A stretch of 64,000 bases of DNA. Origin: Toensbergia leucococca. Taxonomy: Eukaryota. Location: contig JALDZS010000023.1 in assembly GCA_022813965.1 (NCBI GenBank), positions 62,001-126,000 of the forward strand, given 5' to 3'. Shown in pieces: positions 36,171 through 46,408 of the stretch (position 1 is the first letter of the stretch; each line of letters starts with the position of its first letter). The position numbers and the translations under genes were made by a program. Under the pieces are notes generated by a model that was not told the origin of the DNA, did not search any database, and saw only the letters and a list, made by a program, of their open reading frames with translations.

Positions 36171-39100
36171 TTATCGCTTCTCGACAAGGAGTAGATGCAT
36201 CGCCACGTAGGCGATTACGATGAAAGCTGCTGAAAAAATGGCTAGTCCGACGACATCGCTCCACAAGGCAAGAGCGTCGAAGCCGAATGCGCTGAGGATC
36301 GACGCACCAGGCACTTCGATGTCGAGGCCAAATTTGTACTCGATCAGCGTTAGATACGTGACCTCATTGACAGCAAGCCCTTCAAATCCGTAATGGAAGA
36401 TGGAGAGCTACGAATCGTCAGTTTGATCAAGAGAGGCTTACTAGATTAGGAAATATGGACTCACACTCTGAAGCCACAAAGCCGGCTTTGGTATTGCATC
36501 GTGATTAAGTAATAAGCCCGCAAAGAGCAAGCTAAAGAGCATCACCAAACTGCCGATAAGGTTGGCGACACCACCATCCTTGAAGACAATACCGATAAAG
36601 AGGCATATAGCTGCTGCGGCAAGATTGAACAGGACCAGTATCAGGATAAATTTGAGGAATTCAGGCCACGCCGGAACTAACCCGACCATAGGATACACAA
36701 TCGCACCCATAATGATAGGAGGAATAAGACGTAGGGGAACAATATCGAAGATGACTTTTGCGGCGAAGTAGGTGATCGGAGAGTAGTAGCCATTTGCGCG
36801 TTCCCGCACGAACAAGAGGCGTTCTGATGAGAATACAGTCAGACTCGTTAGGGTACTGAACCCGAAGAGAGCTAGAATGAAGAAGAAGAGACCGAGTCGG
36901 TTTTGAAAACCCTTGATATCATCGGTCAGGCCGTAAAACAGGAACCCTGAGAGAACAGCAAGCAGGATGGCAATAGCATAGTGAGTAAGCATCAGCATCG
37001 GATTCCTGTATAGATTTCGCCATGTTCTTTTAGACAAAATCATGAACTGTCCGATCCACCCAACTCGACGATAGCTTCTTATACTGCCTTTTGTATGTGA
37101 GCCGTTCTGCTCACCATTGGCCAGCCCATTGGCAGCGGTCGCACTATGGACAGATGCCGTGATATCATCGTGAATCATGCTAGCGACATCTGAGCTTGCA
37201 TAGCTGGACACCAGAATATCTAGATCGGTACCGGTTCCGGAAGCAGCCGGAGGAAGCTGATGTGGGTCATCCAATATTTGCAGTGGAACTTGTCCCTGTT
37301 GTTTCGATAATTTCAGCCATTGTTGGGTACTTTCGAGGTTGTTATCCAGATTTGGAACTTCATCATCGGCCCGAGGCGTTGGGGGAGTTTCTCCGCCATT
37401 GCTCTTTATTCTTGTGTATAGTCTGCGATCTTGTTGCTGCTTTAGTGATTGTTTGCGCTTGCTTTTGGGTCTTCCCATGAATTCACTTTGACTGCCATAG
37501 CTGCTGTTGTCCATACTCATATTAGAAGCGCTAGCAATAGACTTAACAGCACGAACACTGCTATTGGCCGTCAGCAAGCTTCCGCTAGTCGGTTCAAATC
37601 GGGTTGGAGTGATTTCGTCCGACGCAGTGTGCACCGTGCTTGCATGCATTGTAAGGTCCACGAGGTAATCTGCAATGTTGAAACCTGGCGGACACGAGTA
37701 TCCGACATGGTCAAAGTAATTTTGACAGGCGGAAAATGGGCCTGAGTACACGGCCCTTCCACTGGCTAGAAGCACGAGGTGATCGAATAACGCGACTATA
37801 TTCGAGCGAGGTTGGTGGATTGTGAAAATTACTGTTCGGTTGTAATTCTTGGCTAGCGTAACAAGACACTCAACAACGTTGAAGGCATTGTATGCATCGA
37901 GGCCGCTGGTAGGTTCATCCAGAAACAGAATTCTAGGGCTTGTGACTAGCTCGCAAGCAATACCGACTCTTCGTTTCTCACCCCCTGAGATGCCTCGTCC
38001 GTTGCCCTCTTCCGACCCAATGAGCTGGTCTTTGATATGGGAGATACCAAGCTGTTTCTCGACTTCGAAGACCCTTTGTTCTTTGGCTGATAAACCCATA
38101 TCTCGGGGTAATCGAAGTAGAGCGCTCGTCAATATTGTCTCATGCACAGTCAAGGTTGGTAACATGGTGTCGTCTTGGTCTACGAAACCAACAACGCTTC
38201 GATATTCACTGTCGATGATCTTCTCTCCATTAACGTAGAAATTTCCCTCCACCACACCACGCTTGTTCTTCCGCGCCAAGATATCGAGGAAGGTTGTTTT
38301 ACCAGCTCCAGAAGCTCCCATGATGGCCATGAGTTGGCCTGGCTGAGCAACACCTTGAACTCCCGACAGAATTTGCTTGCCATTCAAGTGGTACGAAACA
38401 TTTTCAAATTGCAGAGAAGCCGGTTTGTGATCAGCCATTAATTTTGCAGTCTCATCATCCGAGTCATCGGACAGATGCACTGGTCCATATTTGTTGTATG
38501 ATCTTCTCGACAGATACCAGACAAGAAGAATTACTCCAACGACAAATAGAGCGCACCCGGCAATTACACCAGCAATCAAGGGGGTATTGATATCTTTGAC
38601 GGGTCTCTGGTAGCCCGGGACTTCGGTGTGATACAAGCACTCGCCTGAGTTGCATCTCAGAGTGATGCTCTCATCGCCAAATACGCTTTTGATCAAATTG
38701 TTCATCGCTGGCTCTTCAAATTTGCTTCCGTCTCGGCTGCTACCGCCTTCGGTCGATAGCGAAGAGAACGATGCCGGCCCCTTGATCGACTGGTCCAGGA
38801 AGTCGCCGATGTCGATAGATCCCTCTTCTCCACAGAGCATGCGACCTGGTATGCATTGACATTTGATATTTTCGCATTTGTAGCTTGTACTATTCCTGTC
38901 ATATTCGTTCTTGGCGCTCCATGAACAAGTATCAAGGCCACAGTAGAATGACTCAACCTGATCAACCCAGACTAACACACGTCAATAGCTTGAAGTTGAA
39001 ATAAGATGTGCTAACCTTACATTGAAAATTGCAGGTTTCATCCTTGGCGTTGCACGAAAAGGTGACCTGTGGCTTTTGTTCCTTCAACTGATCCAAGATT

Positions 39101-39570
39101 TTCCTATTGGTCACATCGCACATTTGATAATTTTCGTTCACCACAGCGGCCTGCTTGTAACAGACGCCTCCTTTGCCTTCTGGCATCAGGGTATCACACG
39201 ATTGATCTGTCTTGCAGACATTGCAATTAATCCCTTCCCAACCCTCATCGCAATTACAGTATTTTTCCGTCCTTGGTAATCGCTCCGTCCCATCGGCCAA
39301 AGACCCACATACTGGTTGTGAGCAGTCCTCGCCACCGAAGCCAGCTGGACAAGAGCATTTGCCATTATACTTGTTGCAGGTAGCATACTGGGCGCACTGG
39401 AAAACCGGTAGCATGCAGTTGAAGCATGGTGGGCAGTCTGAGGGCCGATCAGCTTCCATAGCGAAGCTTGACTGAAGGAGGTCATTTCGAGAATAGTTCT
39501 GGTAAGCGTCTGATCTCCATAGAGACACCGATAAGACAAACGCCGTTAAGGCAGTCTGCGATGGGCGCAT
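36171..39570 (-). CDS. ADP1: ABCG half-transporter with an N-terminal luminal EGF-like Cys-rich domain (Adp1), 3 exons
   Basis: Signal peptide, CPPCFNC...[17 protein letters not shown] repeats, [32 protein letters not shown]2 membrane domain and C-terminal MHLLLVEKR*. Confidence 0.93.
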
Positions 39571-39936
39571 GTGGCGTAGGCGATCGTGTGATGAGTTCGT
39601 CGAGGATGGCTAGGCGGATAAGACCAGGTGAACAAACTGTCACAATGAAAGAAGAATAGTCAAAGACGAGAGTTGCACATGGAAGAGCATGAACGCCGAT
39701 TTAATTTACTGTCAAGGCAGTATCAAGATAAACTGGTGTTTCTCATCGGGGAATGCCATCATCAATGATGCTCGCAAGTTGGTAGAATATCCTAGAATAC
39801 ACCTCGGCTTAACCACCGGCCCGAAATCTAGATAACGATTGAGAGAATAATTCTAGCCTACCATCCTCGCGCAACACAACTACTTTGTGATACGTCTGTT
39901 GCAGGTTTTTGATATAGGGGAATCTGCGCAGTGATC

Positions 39937-41380
39937 ATGACAACTGCTAAGATTGAGCCGTTTGCTGTCGAACAGGTGAGTCCTCCCGGAAAGCAGAACT
40001 GCCAGCTCACCTGAACACATGGAGAATCTTATTCAAAATATTGAGCTCTTGTATATCGTACACCTTCTACCACTATCTGGTTGTGGTTTTTCTGTTTGCG
40101 GCTGTATCTGATGCTAAGCGTGAACCAGCTGACTCCTTTTTTTTGTCCAGTGGATGGACGCATATGATGGCACCGCAAAGTACAATATTGCAGAAACTTG
40201 CGCTGCGTCAATTTCTCTCGCAGATCTAAAGATGTTTTCTGAAGACAAAACAAGTGAAATATTTGATTCCTCAACGAAGCTCACTTATGGGGCAATCCGC
40301 GGATCTCAGAAGCTGCGATCTAATCTCTCCAGCCTTTATTCTTCAAAGGCTGTCTCACCCGTTCACACAGAGAACATCCTCATTACACCTGGAGCAATTG
40401 CCGCCAACTTCCTTGTTCTCTATAGCCTCATAGGAAAGGGTGACCATGTAATTTGCCACTACCCTACATATCAACAATTATATTCCGTACCTGTTAGCCT
40501 TGGTGCTGAAGTCAGTCTCTGGGAAGCACAGGGTAATAATAAATGGCAATTGGCTATTACAGAATTGAAAGCTCTCATTCAACCAAATACTAAAATGATC
40601 ATTCTCAAGTGGGTTGTTCTATAGAGCGGTGGTTTAAATGACTGAGAGGTATTTAGTAATCCAAATAATCCCACAGGCGCCATCATACCGAAGCCTCTGA
40701 TCGAGCAAATCGTTGATGTTGCACAAGAATATGACATTATATTGCTGAGCGATGAAGTATATAGGCCACTTTTCCACTCAATAAGTCCCATGGACCCTAA
40801 TTTCCCTCCATCGGTTATGTCTATGACATACCCGAAAGCAATTGCCACAGGATCACTATCCAAGGCTTATGCGCTAGCTGGTATAAGAGTCGGCTGGATT
40901 GCTTCAAGATCTTGTGAGATTATCGACGCCTGCGCTCGAGCAAGGGATTATACTACCATATCCGTGAGCCATTTGGACGATCAGGTCGCCAGCTTTGCTC
41001 TAAGCCCGAACTGCATCCACAAGCTGCTTGGTCGGAATATTGAGCTTGCCAAGACGAACTTGGAAATACTGAATAGTTTCATCGAGCAGCACAGATGGGC
41101 GTGTGGGTGGACAAAGCCAATTGCTGGGAGCACGGCATTCGTCAAATTCTCAAAGGCTGGCCGGAAAGTGGATGATGTCTCTTTGTGCAGGGTACTACAG
41201 GAGCAGACAGGTGTCATGTTTTGCCCCGGCAGCGAATGTTTCGGACGAGGAAAAGACTTCAGGGGCTACGTGCGAATCGGCTTCGTCTGCGAAACTATGG
41301 TGCTAAGTAAAGGCTTGGAGCAGCTCCGAATGTTCATGAAAGAAAGTTATAGAGACCTCCCGGTAGTAGATGAGCTCTGA
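39937..41380 (+). CDS. PLP-dependent class I/II aminotransferase, 3 exons
   Basis: MTTAKIEPFAVEQ|WMDAYD...NIAETCAAS, NNPNNPTG, LSDEVYRPL and the PLP lysine motif GSLSKAYALAGIRVGW. Intron 1 spans 39976-40150. Confidence 0.9.
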
Positions 41381-41810
41381 AATTAAACCATGAATTCGGG
41401 ATCTCATCTCAATGCGAGTTATTTTCTATTGGCACGTGATCGATGATGATAAAATGATGTTGATGTTGCTTCTCGGCTCGTAGGTGAGGCATCAATCCTC
41501 GCCATCCAACGCCGACTAAATCGACTTGAAATTTTGTCAACCTTGATTAACTGAGGATCAACATAATTCATTTTTCAAGCCTTTAATAGTCGTATGTTGG
41601 GATAGCTGCGTCATACCCAAAGCTCGGACAGTCAGAGTGCCTGTCCTCCCATCTCAACCCTCCAAAAACTTGGTTTTCTTGCCTAGAAGTTGTGTATGAT
41701 ACTCCAGTCGGCCCTAGGGTGTTTTACTAGGAGTGAAGCTTTCAAGGAGGTTTCTAACTGTGTACAAAGCATCAGAACCCTTGTCTTGAGAGCGAAATCA
41801 TTCGGTTGCT

Positions 41811-42507
41811 ATGATGTCTGGCGAAGCATGGCTATACCTACTCGCGGTACTCTTAAATGCCTTGAACCTCTTCCTTCAAGTGTTCTTCACAATAATGTAC
41901 AGTGATTTGGAATGGTACGTGAACAGCGCTATCTTTCCGCTGCCTTCTTTACTGGGCTGTCCGAACACATCAATCGCCTACTTCTCTACCCCAGGCAATG
42001 CTCTATCTTTGGCGCTGACATTCGGCTTTCTCATAGCGATTACATCAACCCCATCGATCTATGCAATAGACTCAACACCTACATCGTTCCAGAAGCAGCC
42101 GTCCAGGCCTTTCTCACGATTCTTTTCCTTGTTAATGGATACTGGATCGCCCTGATCCTGAATCTCCCGTTACTAGCATTCAATGCAAAGAAGTAGGAAC
42201 CACCATAACTTTGAGTGTTGGTTTTTTTGCGGGGCAGCCGTTGACATGAATCCTAGGATCTTCGAAAACCAGCATCTTCTTGACGCAACAGAGATCTTTA
42301 GAAAACTAAATGTGCACAAGAAAGTAAGAGCACCCACTCCCTCAGTATTTGATACTCTATTCCTTTCCGTGGTGCTTGTTCATGGCTAACTAGTCCAATT
42401 TAAACTTCTACCAGGAGTCATTCATTAAATTGGCTTTTCATCTGATTATGTTCTTTTTCTATCTCTATTCGATGATAGTAGCTCTAATTAGGGACGAATC
42501 GCATTGA
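41811..42507 (+). CDS. ERV14: Cornichon-family ER cargo receptor Erv14, 4 exons
   Basis: MSGEAWLYLLAV...QVFFTIMYSDLEC|DYINPIDLCNRLN...LLDATEIFRKLNVHKK|ESFIKLAFHLIMFFFYLYSMIVALIRDESH*. Confidence 0.95.
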
Positions 42508-43607
42508 CTACGAAATGACCTGAGCCAGAGCATGCGGCAGGGTGGCACTTGATGATGGTTCGACCCAGGGCAAGCGATAAAAATTGTTCTCGGGATTTGA
42601 ACAAGACATGCAGCTCCTATTCAGTCCAAGAGCTTTATCCTCTGTGAAAGTTTGGGAGGTACGAAGTGATGGACGAAGTGATTAGCACCGCGCGTGTGAG
42701 AGGTCACGTTGTTTGAAGGTGGTATCATAGTCATGGACGCTGTGATATACAGAAATCTCCTTCTACAAATCTCGATACTCGTGCGAATTCCGTAATGATG
42801 GATACCCTTTTTCGGTACGGCGTTGCTGTTCAGCGTACAAAATAGATTATAAGTTCTTCAAGAGAGGAGACAGTTTGGAGGAGCTTTCTATTTGAAGACT
42901 GACATGCACAAGGACACTGAGCCATGCGGTACGAATCGTCAAGCCTAGCCTACATCTCACGATCATTGAAGGGTTTGTTGGTACATGGTGAGAAGACGAA
43001 AATGGGTAAAGCAGCAATTTCTTTAGTCATGTATAAGTTCTCATATTATATCAAATGCTCATCTAATTCTCTCGGCACTTTGAACGACAGGATTAAGACA
43101 CATGCTTGCCAGATGCCGACGTATCAAATACTTGATCAACCTTCACCATCGAGCCTCCATTTCCCCGGAGCTATCCACTCTATGCACTTGACAGTTGCCT
43201 TTCACTCAATAGCTGAAAGGAGACAAACTGAATCCTTAGGCTGGACAACCATGAGCAATTAATGTTTGAGCCTTGCATTCCGCGATTTTTGAGCCATAGA
43301 ACCAGGGAAATTTCAGCGTGAGAAGATCTAGCGTACGCAAAATTCTCCTGCTTGGCATAAAAGTTATATCCTAGAGTATCGGGGGTGCCAATGTTCTATG
43401 GATGATGGTGGAAAAGCTTGAATTATTCAGCTAGATTGTAGTGCTTTATCATAGGATTCTATCACTGCAAGAAATAGACAAACACTCAGATACTTATGAA
43501 AATATTATCATCAAATGATGTTGTGAACGTGTCAAAGGGATTTGACCTGGTAAAACTACCTAGTTCTTACAGAGCAATGAAATTATATGATGAAGCACTT
43601 AGATAAA

Positions 43608-44216
43608 GGGTGGTGATACATGTACACCCCCTTTTGATACCTGTACACCCCCCCCTCCCCTCCACCCCTCGGGCGCAATATCACTGAGGGGAATTTTATC
43701 ATTCTGCACCACATCTTGCCTCAATTCCCCATCACTTCACAAGCCATTTACTTGTCCCATTTGCGTGCCATCTAGAAGCCAAATTACCTAGGAGAAAAAC
43801 CATGTTTTTCTACCACATCCTGAGTTGATTCCCTCACCCCCGGGCGCACAATCACCTCCCTGGGTGCAAAAACATCGTGATTCTGAATCACCTCCTTTCA
43901 AAATCATGAGACACCCTATTATCTACAGGAACTCTACCTTACCCCCCTCTAGGTGAGGGTTCAGGGTCATTAGGTAGAGGTAGATCAATATTCATGGTAT
44001 TGCGCCCGGGGTGAAGGATCAAGTGGAAACGTGATACAATATCAGGATAGTTCCCTAGGTAATTTGGCTTCTAGATGGCACGCAAATGGGACAAGTAAAT
44101 GGCTTGTGAAGTGATGGGGAATTGAGGCAAGATGTGGTGCAGAATGATAAAATTTCCCTCAGTGATATTGCGCCCGAGGGGTGGAGGGGAGGGGGGGTGT
44201 ACACGTATCACCAGCC
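43608..44216. mobile_element. Non-autonomous DNA transposon (MITE/foldback-like; Mutator- or hAT-type), 609 bp
   Basis: Left arm 43608-43792 and right arm 44054-44216 are near-perfect reverse complements. The termini read GGGTGGTGATAC... and ...GTATCACCAGCC. The direct repeat TAGATAAA flanks the element at 43600-43607 and 44217-44224. There is no internal ORF. Confidence 0.9.
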
Positions 44217-44388
44217 TAGATAAATAAGATTCTTAATGCAAGCTCTTATTTACAGGGTGCGACTAGCGTACGGAGTATAATACGAACCTTGGAAGAACAT
44301 GTCACTTAATATTCTACAACTATACGCCCTTTTATCTTTTCATTTGTTGATCTTGACCACTGAGACCTTCCATTATCCCTTACATGTC

Positions 44389-46188
44389 ATGACGTTACTA
44401 GGTGCTGAGTACGCATCCAGCGACGATGAGTTCATGCCTTCCCATACCAGAAACACTACAGTTACAGCTGCAACCTCAATTACTGCAGCTCCAGATGTAT
44501 CACTAGATGTTTGGTCTCAACACCTCCGCTGTAAGAGCGCCAGTACTAACATCTTGCAGGATTCTATGCGACTCCAACTAATGCTAGCCAAGCCTACTGA
44601 CACTTCGATTTCATACAACGTCCCATACGCCGACTTATCACGCCCAGCACAAGGTCCGGCGAACCCTTTCAAAAGCACAGATGGCAATGTGCTCAAAAGA
44701 AAGAATGTCTTGACAGGTCACGCTGAAGAGGCCGTCGTCAGTGACTCTACCTTTACAACACAGCACCGCACCTTCCAAAGTCTGGGGTACACGAAAGACC
44801 CAAGCGTAAACGGGGTTTATGTTGGAGATCTGATCAAGGCGCAACGGTTCGGAGGACGAGATGTCGTACAGATGCGGCCTTCGAAAGAGGAGAGCGAGGC
44901 CCTAAGACGAAAGAGGCAGAGGAAGGGAGATCCAGGCATTGTGGACGGGGAGGGTGCTTACCGGGGCCCCTGGGCAAGATATCAGGATGAGGATCAAGCG
45001 TACGAGGACGAAGCTGCCGTAGCAGGGGAAGAGCTAGCGAGCGACGAAGAGTATATCGAAGAAGCAATAGTGCCGGCCAACCTCCCAGCCACAAGCAAAG
45101 CAGGCACCGACTACCAAGACGACATCACCAATACTGAAAGCACCGAATCCTACGTGACCGAGGAACTCGACGACAAAGGATTCGATTACCAAAAACGCAC
45201 CTACATGCATGTCCCCCAAGACCTCGACGTCCAACTCACAAAAGAAGCAGGCACGCAGAAGAATTACGCCCCCAAAAAACACATACACACTTGGAAATCC
45301 CACACCAAGCCCATCACCGCACTCCGTTTCTTTCCCAACTCCGGTCACCTGCTCCTCTCCGCCTCTGCCGACAGCAAAGTCAAAATATGGGACGTCTACC
45401 ACCATCGCAGACTCTTGCGCACCTATTCGGGTCACACCAAATCCGTCACCGACGCCACCTTCAACATCGACGGCACCGCCTTCCTAACTGCCTCCTACGA
45501 CCGCCAAATGAAGCTCTGGGACACAGAAACCGGCGCCTGCACCGCCCGCTTCACCACCGGCAAGATCCCCCACGTCATCCGCTTCAATCCTTCCCAGTCA
45601 AATCCCCACGAGTTCCTGGCCGGCATGTCGGACAAGAAAATTGTCCAATTCGACACCCGCTCGGGAGAAATGACGCAAGAATACGACCACCACCTCGGCC
45701 CCGTCAACACCATCACCTTCGTCGACCAAGACCGCCGCTTCATCACCACCTCGGATGACAAATCCCTCCGCGCCTGGGAATACAACATCCCTGTCCCTAT
45801 CAAATTCATCGCCGAGCCCTATATGTACAGCATGGTGCGCGCGTGCGCCCATCCTGCGGGGAAAGCCGTCGCCTTCCAATCGGGCGACAACCAAATCGTC
45901 GTATACGCGTCCACGGACCGCTTCCGTCAAAACCGAAAGAAGAGTTTCCGGGGGCATAACAATGCGGGCTATGCCATCGATGTAAGCGTGAGCCCTGACG
46001 GCCAGATTGTCATGAGCGGGGACAGCGGGGGACGTGTGTGTTTTTGGGACTGGAAGACTTGTAAGATGTACGATCGTTCTACGTTGGCGGCGAGTGACGG
46101 CCCGGTGATCTGCGCGCAGTGGCATCCGCAGGAGACCAGCAAGGTGGCGACGGCGGGGTTGGATGGGTTGATCAAGTATTGGGATTGA
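44389..46188 (+). CDS. CDC40: Pre-mRNA splicing second-step factor Prp17/Cdc40 (WD40)
   Basis: GPANPF, KRKNVLTG, YRGPWA, YMHVPQDL and seven WD40 repeats (HTKPITALRFFPNSGHLLLS...YDHHLGPVNTITF...WHPQETSKVATAGLDGLIKYWD*). A probable 51-nt intron spans 44509-44559. Confidence 0.93.
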   Translation: MTLLGAEYASSDDEFMPSHTRNTTVTAATSITAAPDVSLDVWSQHLRCKSASTNILQDSMRLQLMLAKPTDTSISYNVPYADLSRPAQGPANPFKSTDGNVLKRKNVLTGHAEEAVVSDSTFTTQHRTFQSLGYTKDPSVNGVYVGDLIKAQRFGGRDVVQMRPSKEESEALRRKRQRKGDPGIVDGEGAYRGPWARYQDEDQAYEDEAAVAGEELASDEEYIEEAIVPANLPATSKAGTDYQDDITNTESTESYVTEELDDKGFDYQKRTYMHVPQDLDVQLTKEAGTQKNYAPKKHIHTWKSHTKPITALRFFPNSGHLLLSASADSKVKIWDVYHHRRLLRTYSGHTKSVTDATFNIDGTAFLTASYDRQMKLWDTETGACTARFTTGKIPHVIRFNPSQSNPHEFLAGMSDKKIVQFDTRSGEMTQEYDHHLGPVNTITFVDQDRRFITTSDDKSLRAWEYNIPVPIKFIAEPYMYSMVRACAHPAGKAVAFQSGDNQIVVYASTDRFRQNRKKSFRGHNNAGYAIDVSVSPDGQIVMSGDSGGRVCFWDWKTCKMYDRSTLAASDGPVICAQWHPQETSKVATAGLDGLIKYWD

Positions 46189-46408
46189 GATTGAGAGGTT
46201 CGGTTGTCGGGGACAAGAGTATTATAATAGTTTATGCTTTCTAGGCTACTACTCGTACTGTACTCGATACAAATGCGACGAAGCATCCAGTCCCGCTCCA
46301 TCGCTTTTGAAAACCATGCAGTGCTGTATGCCCTTTTGATTCCCTCCGGACCACCCTCCATGACTCACACTTCACTACAAACCGCTCTCCTTCCTCCCCA
46401 GACCCGCG

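Noticed and set aside
16950..41380. Possible biosynthetic gene cluster (P450, ABC transporters, aminotransferase)
   Set aside because: There is no backbone synthase, both ABC transporters are housekeeping types (Ste6, Adp1), and core genes are interspersed.
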